NCBI RefSeq assembly: GCF_009914755.1
Contig: NC_060932.1
Direction: 5' to 3' (one strand)
Length of the DNA stretch: 64,000 nt
Source: the human T2T-CHM13v2.0 reference genome, Homo sapiens
The translations under genes and the position numbers were made by a program. The stretch's first letter is position 1, and each line of letters starts with the position of its first letter. Positions 1 through 13,959 of this stretch are shown piece after piece. The notes beneath the pieces were generated by a model. The model did no database searches. It was not told where the DNA came from and saw nothing but the letters and a program-made list of their open reading frames with translations.

Positions 1-2168
1 GGGTTATTCTTAAGGAAGTTAGTAGCACTTTATGTAGAAAGTTGAGCAACCATGTTAAAATTCCCTCACTTTATAAGTAGGAGATATTGAATAAAAATGA
101 GCAGTTCATTATTTAATTTAGAGAACAAAAGTGAAAGTCATACATGGCGATTTGGGAGGTATATATTAGATGTGATATGAATGTGTATCTTCCTGGATTG
201 CAATAGGAGAGAAGTACAGGGATTGATTTCAAAATGAAGCGAGACACTGAGGGAATACAATCTGGAGGAATATAACTGTTTTAGAGTATCGTGACTTTAA
301 AGATAAAATATCAGTTTGGTAGTAAACCAACATTCTTGGGTCATGATGCTGGTTCTTTTGGGAAAAAAATTAAATCAAGCAAACATAAAGGCATTTTATT
401 CCACTCTTTTGGGAAAATACAGTTACAAGTTTTACCTCCAAGAATCAGTTCCAGAATACAATGGGCTTTATTGACTGTATATTGGAATGGGATCAATAGC
501 TTTGGTGTGTGACAGAGACTCATTCATTGCCGAGAATTTTTTTGTTAGCCATTATCAGTGGCTTCAGAAATGGTCCTGGTGTTGTTCACTCTGCTTCTAA
601 TGAAACCGGTGAGATCACCAGTACTCACATTAGTGAGGACAAGCTGAGGATTAGCAGCTTTTCAAAATAAAAACCAGAAAGTACTAAATGTCTTCACTGG
701 GAGGTGGGGCTCTGGGTCTTAAGAGGATTTAGACACATACAAGGATCATTACTATGTTATTAAGTTATTAAGTATGCATTCATAAGTTAGTTTGTATTTG
801 CCAAATGCAAATATAAAAATCATTTCTTAATTATACAGGCATTAAAGTCTTGCATCATTAACCACATATTTAAAACCACTTTGTATCACTTACAAAAACA
901 ATTTAAAATATCAGATTATTGAATTTCCTCTGTTCTAGTGGCCAAATGCCTTCCAGCCAAGATTAACCTGTTTATTGTCCTGTAATTAATAAATTAAAAA
1001 ATGTTATTTTTCCCATTTATCAAAATTTGAAGTTCAGATAAATGAGGCAGTTTATATGAAGTACATATATATTCATCAGTCCACTGTTAAAATTCAAGAA
1101 TTGAGCTCCGATTTTTTTTTAACCTAGGCTGCATTTGTACCGTATGCCAGGCAGGCAGCATATTGCTAAGAGAAAAGCAGGACAATAATAAAAAATTATT
1201 AGCTTTGAGTTGAATCACAAAGGAGCAACAAATGGAAACTTATCCACTAGCCAAGAAGGGCGGTAGTTCACTCTTCCATCCATCACCACCAGCTGGCAGA
1301 TGGGCTCGGGACTAATGTAAGTCTCCTTAGATGGCAAGTTCTCTGCTTATGCAGCAGTCTGTGTCCCTGCCATACAGGAAGAGGAGGACAGAGAGAGGAC
1401 CGAAGCTTACAGTTCCACGTAGCAGCTCATCTCACTGTTAAGGAAACTGTGGGGTTAGCCAACAAAACTGGAATTCAAATTTGGAACCAGACCTCACCTG
1501 ATATATTTTAATTGATTGCCATGTGATTGTCCATCTGTTTATAATTTGAGTGTCTTTTCTTTGTATGAGAAATGCTTTTGTACAGGGCGGGACCCATGCT
1601 CCTCTCAATTTCTATATGGAAAAAAATATTTTCTATTTTTTCATTGCTTTGCTGAGTAGCTTTCAACAAGCTTTTGGAAAAAGTCTCATTCCAGATTTAT
1701 AAAGTATCAACTGATGTGATGCTCAAACAATGGGAGGATTTTATGGGCTGTAAAGCTCTTATTATTAAGTAATTTTTTGGGGTTATGGTAATTTTAATAA
1801 TAGTAGTAGTAAACTATTTTACAGGTTGGAAGGCTAATAAATCCTTTAAAATCAATTGAGATTATTTAAATTCAATTTACACATTAAAATCCAAAATATT
1901 ATTTGGCTATTGCTATAGTTTTATGATTTATTTAAATATCACCATTTAGACTACAAAAATTAATGCTAGGTAGAATAATAGAGTAAAATTACTGGGCTCT
2001 GAAATTTGTATAAATGCAAAAATTGCTTTATTTTTTCCATTTAAAATATGCTCATCTTCACTGGTCCAGCTTTGATTCTCTTGCCTAAACCTGCCTTATA
2101 TGAGTCCCTTATCAAAATGTTGGCAGCTAAATTAAGACTTCAGAGCTGCATTTCTTGAGGAAAAAGAA

Positions 2169-2326
2169 CAGAGGTTCTCAAATTATGTTCCATCAGAATC
2201 ATCTGGGGAGCCCCAGCCCCAGCCCCAATTCAAATCCGTGACATCAGAATCTGGGGATTGAGTTTTTTTTTTTTTCTCACAAGTTACCCAGGTAATTCTG
2301 ATGCACATCAACATTTGAAAACAAGT
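2169..2326. mobile_element. MER5-like hAT-Charlie MITE
   Basis: Begins CAGAGGTTCTCAAA and contains catcagaatcatctggggag ... caagttacccaggtaattctgatgcac ... tttgaaaac, resembling the MER5A/B consensus (recalled). Confidence 0.6.
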
Positions 2327-2334
2327 AACTAGAC

Positions 2335-2539
2335 CAACCCAAGAGCCAAACACTCTCACAGCACTGCTTATTTTTGTAAATAACATTTGACTGGAATATC
2401 CTCACCCATCATTTCTGAATTGTCTATGGCTGCCTTCATGCTGCAATGGCAGAGTCAATCGTTGGGACAAAGATCATATGACCACAAACCTGAGACTATT
2501 TACTGTCCTACCCTTTATGGAAAAGTTTGCTGGCCCCAG
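2335..2539 (+). mobile_element. MER58A-like hAT-Charlie element
   Basis: Contains tttttgtaaataa...gtctatggctgcc...atggcagag...tatttactgtc..ccctttatggaaaagtttgctggcccc. Flanked by an 8-bp TSD, AACTAGAC (2327-2334) / AACTAGAT (2540-2547). Confidence 0.7.
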
Positions 2540-3514
2540 AACTAGATGAATAATATAAATACATTGTTCCAGACCCAGTTGTTTCAATTCATTCATTCAT
2601 TCATTGGCCTAGACAAATAGGAACTAAAAAAACTTAGAAACACTTATGGGGTTAAAAAGGACAGTAGACACTGCCTTTAAATTTTCTTTAAACCTTTCAA
2701 TTGCTTCAAACGAGGAAAAAAAACTAAGCTGGATATGTTTTCTTTTTTAAAAAAAAATAACTGCATTCAGTGGAGGTTTTGAACATTTAATGGTTTTCCA
2801 ACTTGTTGCAGCAAAATGATTCATCACTAAACTAAGCTCTTTAGTATCTGTAATATTGTAAATTTAGTAGCTCAGTCATTAAAGTAAAATTCAAATATAA
2901 GAAAAAGTAAATATATTCAGAAACATACTCACTTCAAAAGGTTAGGATAATATTTAAAAGATTATAGGGGCTTGGAAGTGTGTTTGAATTCAGCAAAGCA
3001 GCAAAACGGGGAGGGGGCTAATGATTTTTAAGGCTGCCTAGCCAAAGACAGCACATCATAAAACAAGGATGCTTTCTGGTGATACAGTACAAGAATGCTC
3101 TGTACACAGTATGAGGCATCTTTAAATGTGAATAAATTGGAAGAAGTTCCAGGAACAATAGATATGCTTAAGTGAATGGGAGGACTGAGCTGTAGCAAGG
3201 CCTTTGATTTACATAGCATGATTACTTCAAGGCGTGCACAGCTCTTCTTCAGGGCTGGGATGGATTTTCTTCCCAGCGTCTACAGAAGATGTTGAATTGA
3301 CATCACAAGCAATTGTCAGCAGAAAAGAGAGACTGATTGCCAGGCTACAGGAGGGAGTTGGAGAGAGGAATTCGGCTCCTTACACCTTGTTCATCATGTC
3401 ATTCACTCCCTCCTTCAAAAATCTTCAGCGACTTCTTATTACTTAAAGGATTAAAGTCAAACCCAGACTGGCATTTCAGGCATTCTTTAATCTGTGTCTT
3501 ATGCTGGTATCACA

Positions 3515-3700
3515 AAGCATTTTCATGCCTATTATCTCATCTGATCTTTACAGTACGGCTCATGCAAGTCAGGGAAGGCATTAGTGTTCCCATTTTATAG
3601 ACACATAAGCTCAGTTACAGCCAATGAAACAGACTGGTTAAAGGTCATGCAGCAGCAAGCCACTGAGTCAGGGCTGGAACTTGTGTCTCCTGCACCATAC
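3515..3700 (-). mobile_element. MIR fragment
   Basis: Degenerate antisense MIR core: cccattttatagac..ataagctcag...aaggtcatgcagc...gagtcagggctggaac. Confidence 0.5.
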
Positions 3701-3959
3701 GACATGTCCCTGAGTCTTTTTCCTCTAAGTTAGATTTGTTCTCAAAATATGTCTCCCCTTCTCTACATGGAATGCCACCCTTCTAGTTCAATTGCTATCT
3801 CTACCAGCAAACCTTTCCTGAACTCCAGTCTTCAGTGTGCGTCTTCTCCTCTGAACTCTTTTTTATTGACCCCACTACTTTTCCTCAGAGTCCTATCCAC
3901 TTTGCAGCATCTCCTGTCTGCTGGATATTTGTATTGCACAGTGAGACTCTTGAATTGCT

Positions 3960-4116
3960 TTTGAACTTTGCATGTGTGTATGTTCCATGTCTCCAACAGA
4001 AATGCACGCTCTTTGAGGGAGTACCTAAGTACTCTATATGTCTTTTCTCCTTTGATACCTTGCATAGTGCATAAAGAAAGCAGGGCCTCAATAATCATTT
4101 GTTGGACAAACAAATG
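3960..4116 (+). mobile_element. L2 3' end
   Basis: Ends ctcaataatcatttgttggacaaacaaatga, typical of the L2 terminus. Confidence 0.55.
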
Positions 4117-4620
4117 ATTTCATTCTCATGCAATCTCTGAATATGATTAAGAGAAATGAGATGAAACTGAAAAAGAGAGACCAGTTGAATACCACAAATG
4201 TGTTTTTAATAGCAAATTCTTTTCTATTGAATCGAAGTATTCCAAGGGCAACAACTGATGCTCCATGTTTAGCTGAAGCCCAGAATCATGAAGGCTGACT
4301 GCTCTTAAACTGGGCATAACATAAACCCACCCACAAGAAATTAAGACTTGGAATATACATTGACAAGAGAATCCTTTTGTACCTTTTCATTCTCAGGCCA
4401 GCAAGTCCCAGGCATTTGGCCTAATGGGGAGAAAGAGAAAGACAGTGTTTTCCTCTCAAAACATGGGTCTTGCCATATCCTCTCTTCCTAAGGCTAGCAC
4501 TGCTCTATACTTCCCTGGCCTGTGCCCAAAGGTGCATCTGCGACAAGGCAAACCCTGCCTTGGAGAGTCTCCAAGATCTTCTCATTTCTTCAGCTGAGGG
4601 ATTAAGAACTAAACACAGTT

Positions 4621-4998
<378 letters not shown>

Positions 4999-6498
4999 TC
5001 ACAGGTTGGGTGCCTCTTGCAGTGCAGGTTTGACTAAGCCCACCTGATGCCCTCTTTTTGCACCCTCACTCAGCCAATGTTTCCCCTTCCCTCCCCACCA
5101 CATCTCTGTGTTGTGATTTCCTTTCCAGTTGCCCTGACCCTCGAGGATTAGGGCATGAAATGATTCAGGCCTGATCTCGCCTCCCATGCTGGCCACACCT
5201 GTAATCAGAGTTCTGAGTTCAGAGCCCCAGGCAGCTTAGGCAGGGCTGCGTGGTCTATACCTTTATTCTATGTTTGTGGATGAGTTTATTGACCAACTTA
5301 AAACTAAATGCTAGGTTATACCTGTTTACATTGATGACTTCCTCTCAATTTGCTAGGTCCTTCCATCACAGAAACTGATTATATTAATCTGAGTGCTACC
5401 TGGGAAGTCGAAAACTTATGTGGTTTTTATTACTCCTGCAAGAGCCTCTCAATTATATTCCACACACATATTTCTTCACTTAAGAGTCAAACAGAGCTAT
5501 GTAAAGTGAGCAGCATGTTTACAGTAGATCCCTATGGCTTGCTATCAAATTAGTGGCAAATCAGTATTAGAGTAAACAGGGGTCAAAGATCAAACCCACA
5601 ATTTCACATAAAATTCAAAACACGAAACACAAAACACAAAAGAGAAGGCTCGTGTCATGAGACCATCAACTACTCTTAAAAAATAATCAAAACCAGGAAA
5701 AGATGAGAGGAAGCAAAATTTAAACATGATTTTAGTCCAGAATTTGATGCAAAAGCCAGACCTTACAGAGATCTATTTAAAACTATGACAACTCACTACA
5801 TGTCACTCATCTTAAATGGAAACACACATCAAAAGGTGGCAAGAACCAGGATTTAGCAACTCCCGCATTCTATTCATGGACTTGACACTGACTTTGGACA
5901 AGTAAAAAAATCTGTCTTCATTTTTCACTCTGAAAAGCAGGGTGGAAACTATTGTTTTACTTCTCTTGATGGACAACTCTGGAGTCATGCTAATAAGAAG
6001 GCAGTGGTAATTCTCTCCTAGATTTGATTAGATGTATTTTTGAAAAGTCAAATGATTTAGTAGCATGAAATTGTACACACCACACCCCATTTTTATTGTA
6101 GGCAGCTCTCCACTCTTGGCTTTTAAGCAGGAAACTAGAAGAATCACATTTATTCCATGTTAAAGTGTTCCTTGAAAACAAAACAAATTCTTTAAAAATC
6201 AGAAAAATTGATTATTGTTTAGACCATGTTATTAAAACAGGAGCCCTAAGTTAGTCAATAGTTTGTAGCTATTGTTATTAATCTAGGATTAATTACTCTT
6301 GAGTTAAAATAGAACTTTTTACCGAATGCTTACATGAATGGACTAGGCTAGCTGTTAAATAGTATAAGGGGAAAATGAAAGTCTTTTCAAATAGAAATTA
6401 GAAAAACTCCAAAAGATTTACAAATATTTAAAAACAACTCAGTAAATGATTTTAATTATAATACTGCTTATTAATTTGTAAGATTTGCTTAATCAATG

Positions 6499-6514
6499 CC
6501 ACCAGATGTCAGTA
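6499..6514 (+). promoter_or_regulatory. Candidate CTCF motif
   Basis: CCACCAGATGTCAG(TA) matches CCASYAGRKGGCRS at 13/14, in non-repeat sequence. Motif match only. Confidence 0.35.
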
Positions 6515-8304
6515 TATCCTACATGATTACTATTGAGTTCTCAAAAACATCCAGAGTTTTCATTCCAGTTAATAAAAATGATGTTGTAGCCAAATAATTA
6601 AGGCTCTCTAGGGGATGATAAATCCCATTCCTCAGCACTGTTATATTATGATAGAGGCCCCCCTTCAGTGAGATGCAAACTCCCAAGTCCCCAATAAATC
6701 TCAGCATTGAGGCTTTGAAAGCAAGAATGTCGTATTCTGAAAAAGATGCTTGGTGGTGGAGCTAAAGCATGTTGAGGAACACTGACGTGAGTAGAGCTTC
6801 AGCAGGTCAAGTCTAAGACCACGAATTCTGTGACCTGCTGATCCTATTGGCCTTGTTTTTCCATTATGGAAATATCTTATTGGGTTTGGCCTTTCACCCA
6901 AGGGACTTTTCAGCTAGATAAGTGGAATTTTTATTAACGAAGATAACTTTTACTGGATATGTGCTAGGATGTATACCTACTGAAACAATAAGAAGATGAG
7001 ACAAAAAAAGTTTAATGTGTTTGAAGTATAAAAGTCTGGTGTGTGCCACTTTTTGACAATAGGAAGGATTTAAACTTATTAGCACTGAGTTCTCAAGCCT
7101 TCTAGAATTTTCTCTTTGGTTAACAAAGTGATGTAGTGCTCTTAAAAATTAAGGGTCTTAGTAAACTTGGAAACATTTTGCATTTTAAGTTAGTTTTATG
7201 CAACAACTGATCCATTCGTTGAAAGGATAAATCCGGGAGCTTTCTAAGAAGTAGTAAGGACAAGATCTAAAATGTTATTTAATAGTATGCCTGTAATTGT
7301 GAAGTATATGTGCATTTTGAGAACTATAAACTCTATAAATCTTCAAAGTTCCTGGCACTTTGCTAGTTTTCAGGAAAAATAAATTTTGCATAAACAAGAG
7401 CCATGTTGGAACTTCACATTCTACAGTCTCACTGTGGAGATTATCCTGGGCATGGCCCTGGGGACAGCATTGCCAGGCAGCTAGGCTTCCTGCTGCATAA
7501 TGAAGAATGCACATTTTATCCTCGGAATAAAAGAATCCTCTTTTATCCTAGAAGTTGATATTTCTGTGAGCTTTACCCTTGAAGAGAAATCCTTTGAAAT
7601 ATTAATCTTCAGTAGAAGAAAAATTGTTATAGTCTTGGTCCTTGATGAAAAGAGAAAGAAAAGTACTGCAAAATTTCTTGGACTCTACTAAAACATTTGT
7701 ACACCTGTAATTGTGTCTGTGAAAAGGTAACTTGGATTTTTTTTAAAGTTTATCTAATTTTAAGGCATTTGTGAAATTCACTACAAACAGAGCTCTCTCT
7801 CTCCATAAATGCACATGCACACATATTGTTTCTTTGGTACACAGAGATCATTGAACCAAATAATTAAGGATTCTCTATGGAATAATGCCAAATAAGAAAT
7901 TTTAATTTGGTAACATATGTGTTTTATGACACAGTTCCCCAAAGTTACTGTATTTGAATATCTGCTCTCACGTATAATCATGAAGCCTTAGAAATCAGAA
8001 AATTTGACCTAGTACCTGAAAGCAAGTGCTACAAAAATCACTCTTAAACACATCTTACTTGTCCTCAAACCTTTCCCTATCAAAATGCATTTCACAAAAT
8101 ACAGGGACTGTCACCCACTCCTCAGGACCCTGGGCATTTGCACTACTTAATTTTTAATCGCCATGATTTTGTGAACTAATTTATTTTACTCACTAAAGCT
8201 GGTTTCTAGGTAATAACTAATCTTCCCAAGAGGCTGTTGGACAAATAGTTGGTAGGTATAATTGATTTTTCAAAGCTGGAAAAAGAAAACAGGAGGAAGT
8301 GAAA

Positions 8305-8490
8305 GGCATTTCACATACATCATCTCTTTTATCCTTCATAAAATGTATGAGGTAAGATTACCCTCTCCATTTGACTGATGAGGAAACTGGCTCAGAGAGG
8401 GTAATTAACCTGCCCAAGATCACTCTCTATTTAAGTAGGAGAGCCAGGATTTAAACTCAGATCTGTCTGACTCCAAAAACCATTCTCTGT
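8305..8490 (-). mobile_element. MIR
   Basis: gatgaggaaactggctcagagagggtaattaacctgcccaagatcac...gagccaggatttaaactcagatctgtctgactccaaa is the antisense MIR core. Confidence 0.8.
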
Positions 8491-8809
8491 CCAGCCCAAG
8501 ATGTTTCCATTTAAATTACTTATCCACAATTACATGATGAGGGATAATAGAATTGACACAAAACTCACTGCCAGTGCACTGGAGTACGTTTGAATGGAAT
8601 CCTCACAATAAAGTCCAACAGCACAACTCCTCCTCACCAACCAACAACATCCTACATTTTTTTCTCTCTTTTATTGCCAGTCTGATTTACTCTACAGAAT
8701 CAATATCTTAACTAAATCATAGATTTGCTTTCTCTTGAATCCTGTAAGCCACCCTGAGAGGCTCAGTCCATAAATCACTGAGGAAACAAAATGTAAAGAA
8801 ATTGGAACA

Positions 8810-9111
8810 GGCCAGATGCAATGGCTCACCCTGTAATCCCAGTGCTTTGGGAGGCTTAGGCAGGTGGATTACTTGAGGCCAGGAGTTCAAGATCAGCCTG
8901 GGCAACATGGTGAGACCTGTCTCTACAAAAAATGCAAAAATTAGCTGGGCATGGTGACGCATGCACTTGTAGTCCTAGCTACTTCTTTGGGAGGCTAGGG
9001 CAGGAGGATTTCTTGAGTCCAGGAGTTCGAGGTTGCAGTGAGCTGTGATTGTGCCACTGCACTCCAACTTAAATGACAGAGCAAGACCCTGTCTCAAACA
9101 GACAAACAAAA
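8810..9111 (+). mobile_element. AluJ, full length
   Basis: Dimeric Alu with J-type features (gcctgggcaacatggtgagacc, gaggatttcttgagtccaggagttcgagg, gcaagaccctgtctc). Confidence 0.95.
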
Positions 9112-9296
9112 CCACAGCAAGAAATGCCATTCAAATGTGGTTTTAGATGCACTGTGGATATGGTCAGCAGGCTTCTGTGTGCTCATGAATCAATCTGAAT
9201 GGGGCATGAAGAGGGAATATGAACTCAGAAACTTCACGTTGGTTGTGGGTACTCCAAATGTCTTGTTCTCACTCATCTTTCCTCTATCTCATTTAA

Positions 9297-9587
<291 letters not shown>

Positions 9588-10914
9588 TGACAAGTCTAGG
9601 GTCAAAACATTGACATATTTAAAAACTCATCCTATTTATTCAGCGTGGATCTCAATAGATTTAGGTGGTACCAAGTTCTTGTACAGACCACAATACAGAG
9701 GAAGCAATGGGAAATCAACCTCTTTCCTAACCACATAGCTGTTTGCTTTTAACTGGATGATTGAGGCAGCTTCTAACTTTTGTGTCCAAATGATGATTTC
9801 CAGTGTTTTGGAAAAGTAATAAGATCCTTCCTGGGGCCAGTTTGGAGCCAGCTCTCAAAATCACAGACTATTGGGCTAAAAAGGCTCCTAAGGACACCAG
9901 CACTTGCTGAGTAAACACAGCCTAATGGTCACCATTTTGTTCTCGAGTGTACAGAGAACATGAGTAACCAGGGAGCGTAGAAAGGAAAATAATTTCACAG
10001 GGTTGCACAAGTATTACTTATTGCTTTGTTACCCACAGGGGAAGTTCATGGAGTTTAAGACACCATCTTGATCAGGGTGTTCACTCTGCAATCGGTCCTG
10101 TGGGGGGTTTTCAACACTGTGCCCAGCTATAGCCTTCAAAATTGTCTTGTAAAAATTCCTGCTGTTCTGACACAATGCAAGAGAAGGTCTCATTCTTGTG
10201 TGTTTGCATATTTTGTGCAGGAGATGAGAGCTTACCCTGGCTCGTCTCTCTAACACGGTCTTTGGTGAGGAATATGCCAAAACCTGGGTCACAGTCCTTG
10301 CATCACTCTGGAAGGTGCAGACTTCCACAGCATGGTGGCAATTCCTAAGGCCAGCTGCAGAGCTGCTGTCAGAGGCTCTCCCTGTGTGGAGCCAAAGATT
10401 TCAAATACTGCACATTTTCTGCTTTGTTTGATTTTTAGGGTAAACACCCTTCTGTGTGTAGGTAAAGGAAAAAAAAAATCAGCCAATTTTATGTCTCACT
10501 GACCTAGAAAGGGCAAGCTCTGAAACTTTCATATAACAAAAAGAATCTAGTCTGGAATGAAGTAACTCACTTTTGCAAATATTTGTACTGACAATACAGT
10601 CTGTGCATACAATTTTTTTTAGGATACTCAAATATAGGAATTTGAGATGTTTGAAACCTAACAAATAATTCTCACCATATGCCCATTTTTCTTAATCTTA
10701 TCATAATATTTCAGAATAAATTCGCCAGCTTTCTTACATCCAACTGCCCTGATATAATGAAAAGAGAGCCCTTCTCTCTCTTTTATTTTTGGGGAGTGTT
10801 TTTAAATCAAGATTTATATTCAGCATGACATTGCTGACGTGATTCACTCCTCTTGGCTCTCCAGGGTCATAGCCCAACTTCATAACCTCAGCACTAATAA
10901 CAAAATAAAAAAAC

Positions 10915-11690
10915 TAATAGCAATACTTATTATTTATTGATTAATGTGTATGGACCATCACTTCTGAGAATTTTATATACACCATGTAATTTAATTCTCA
11001 TGACAATTAGTAAACAAATAAAGCTAACACCAAATGTTTACTATGTGTGAAGGTTAATTTAATGCATCAACTTGACTGGGCCACAGGATGCTCAGACTGG
11101 GGCACAGTTAAACATCATTCCAGGGTGTATCTATCTAGGGAGTATTTGCGGAAAGATGAACATTTGAATTGGTAAAGCAGATGGCCCTCCTTAATGTGGG
11201 TGGGTCACATCTCATCTGTTGAGGGACTGAATAGAACAAAAAGGAGGAAGATCAAATATGCTCTTGGCCGGGCTGCTTGAGCTGGGACATAGCGCTCTTG
11301 GTTCTCAGGCCTTCAGGTCTGGACTGGAAACTACACCACCTGCCCTCCAGCTTTCAGGCCTTCGAATGACACCACCAACTTTCCCAGGTCTCCAGTGTGC
11401 AGATGGTCCCTCTTGAGAGTTTTCAGCCTCCATAGAGCCAAAACCATATATAGACATAGCCTGTTGGTTCTGTTTCTCCAGAGAACTCTGATTAATAGAC
11501 TATGTATCAGACATGATCCTAATCATTTTACATATTAACTCATGAACCTTCATAATCCTCTTTAGTCTTATAAAATAGATTTTTACCCATTTTACCCATT
11601 TTAAAGACTACTATGTCCACATTACAGTTGAGGTAGAGATATCATCTGATAGGCTGAGAGAGTCAACAACTTGGCTCAAGTTTTGCACCT
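10915..11690 (-). mobile_element. MIR fragments interrupted by the MLT2 LTR
   Basis: tttattga..tgtgtatggaccatcacttctgagaattttata and aatgtttactatg|tatcagacatgatcctaatcattttacatattaactca...; the second piece resumes after the LTR. Confidence 0.5.
11046..11499 (+). mobile_element. MLT2-family (ERVL) solo LTR
   Basis: TGTG..GGTTAATTTT..tcaacttgactgggcc start and ggttctgtttctccagagaactctgattaata end. Perfect 5-bp TSD CTATG (11041-45 / 11500-04). Confidence 0.9.
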
Positions 11691-11764
11691 AGACTGTTAC
11701 ATTAACCAAAATGGCAACTGTTTCTTCTGTTGCGAATCTACCCTTTTGGGATATCAGAATTATA

Positions 11765-12665
11765 ATCTTCTTTTCCTTCAAGCCTTCAATGGCTTACTGT
11801 TGCCTCTGGAGTGAATTCCAAACTTCTTAGTGTAGCATTAGAGGTCCCAACATTTGGCTCCAGCCTCGGTTCCCATCCATTTCTGCTCTCTACTCTGGGC
11901 TATGACCACCTTACGTGGGATCTCTCAGCTCCACTGCATTCTTTGGTGCTTATGGGCATGTGCAGGTGCTACTTGGGTCATTTCTCTCCATCCCTGCCTA
12001 CTGTTACCACCCATTCCTAGGCCCTCATCATTTCTCACCTGAATTACTGCCGCCACCTTTGAACTGGTCTTCCTTCTCCCCTGCAAACCATCCTCTACTC
12101 AGTAGCCAGAATGATCTTTCTAAAATGCAAGCCTGAACATGGCATGTCCATGCTTAAGGCTTCTAATAATTTCCCCTTGCCATAAGAATAAAGTCCAGAT
12201 TCCTTCAAACGGCCCTCATGACCTCGTCCCAGCTTACCTCTCCAGCCTCATCTCTCACTATCCTCCTAAATGGGCCTCTTCATTCTTCAGCCTTTGCATG
12301 AAAAGGCCCTTTTGCCTAGAATATTCTGCTTTAGTCTCACATGGACAATGCCTACTCAACCTTTAGTTCTCAGCTGGGATGTCATCTCCCTTAGGACACC
12401 ATCCTTGACTCACCCCTACAAATGTTTTCCAGGCTGGAAGCATGCGGGGCCATAAAGAGGGCCACACACATCATGCCAGCTACTCATTGTTGCTCTTCTC
12501 CCACTGTGTGGTCATGGCCTGGCTCTTGCCAGCTTCTAACACTGGACTCTGCATTCCCTAAATGGCAGGACTGTTATTCACTATTGTTGCCCCAATACCT
12601 GCCACACCATAGCAAACTCAATAAATGTCCAGTAAAGAAAGTGACCAAATGAACAAATGAATGAG
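11765..12665 (+). mobile_element. L2 fragments ending in the L2 3' terminus
   Basis: ccttcaatggctt...aattccaaacttcttag; gtagccagaatgatctttctaaaatgcaa; ends ctcaataaatgt...aaatgaacaaatgaatgag. Confidence 0.7.
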
Positions 12666-12816
12666 TATCTGGAATGCCTGCTCTGTCTTCACTTCCTGAA
12701 GAAATTTCTGCTTTGCTTCAAAAGTTGGCTCCAACCTCATTCTGCCTCTAAAGCTGTCCTTGTCCCGTCCCCTCTGTGGAATTAACAGTGCCCTTCTCGT
12801 CTGGAAAATGTGCTAT

Positions 12817-12867
<51 letters not shown>
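12817..12867. repeat. (TAGA)12 perfect tetranucleotide STR
   Basis: 12 uninterrupted TAGA units plus TAG. Confidence 0.97.
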
Positions 12868-13959
12868 TATATTTAGCAGGATTACAAATATGGCTCTACA
12901 AAATAGTGGCAAGGATTCTATGTTTACCCACTTCAAGCTTAGTCTTTGGTGCAGGGCCTGGCCCTAGTAGGCTGTCAATAAACATTTGTGGAATTGAATA
13001 CTGTGTTTCACATCACCTGTCCATTCACATCAGCTGAGGCTTTTCATTAGGATTACATCATCACAAATGGAAGAAACTGAAGGATGCAAAGAGAAAAAAT
13101 TAGGAAAGATGTAGCATTGCGATGAAACAATGTACGATATCCAGAAAGACACCCAGCCTTCTGCTCCTGGGGCTGTCTGCTTCCTCCCTAGGGGAACGTG
13201 CGGCACATTGTCTCAAAGCATAGTCTTTCTCCCCTATCTTGTCTCCACTGACTCCTTCACAATGGGTCTGCAGCCCAGCATATGCTTAGCTATTTAGACA
13301 GCAAATAATAGTGGGTTTTCCCCCACCATGTTAACATTCAGTGCTAAGCAGTAAGTATATGCAAGTAGGTGGCAAGCCTTGAGTGGCTAAACCTTGGTGT
13401 CATTTGATACATCAATCTGGGGCTCAACCATCCCAAGGAGTTTTGTCCTCAGAAGAAGCCAAGTCACCCCTTCACCCTGACTCTGTTTAGTCCAGTCCAC
13501 ATCTTTGGTTCAGCTGGAAATCCCCTCTCCTTAGGCACTGAAATCCCAGTGTGGACACTATCCCACTCCGCAGTCCACCTTTCACTCATTTATCACATTA
13601 TTGTCTGCTTTGACAAATTCCCCTCTGCAGATGCATTTTCTAATTGCTGTTTCTGAGAGTTATTCAATCCCCATTAATTAATCCGGTTTTCCCTCACAAC
13701 AGTTTCTGTAAATAACTTCTTTCTCCTCTTCATCCCTGTGCTCAATGGTTCACCCCTACAGGTCTTCTGCGGATGGTCCCCTATGTTTCTCAGTCTCCCC
13801 TATGGTTCACTTCAATAAGCATTTACAGAGAGTCCACTGTGTTTTAGGCACTGGTGATAAATAAAAATGAGTAACAAATAGTGCCTATCCTCAAAGGAGG
13901 TATCCTAGACACACAGAAGCAGATAGAACACAGAGCGATGAAAAGATCATGGATGTTTG

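Noticed and set aside
5185-5210. ctggccacacctgtaatc resembling an Alu start
   Set aside because: Only ~14 bp of similarity with no continuation.
7500-7730. ORF/exon-like stretch EVDISVSFTLEEKSFEILIF... with acceptor ~7550 and donor ~7727
   Set aside because: There is an in-frame stop before the donor and no recognisable homology; insufficient support.
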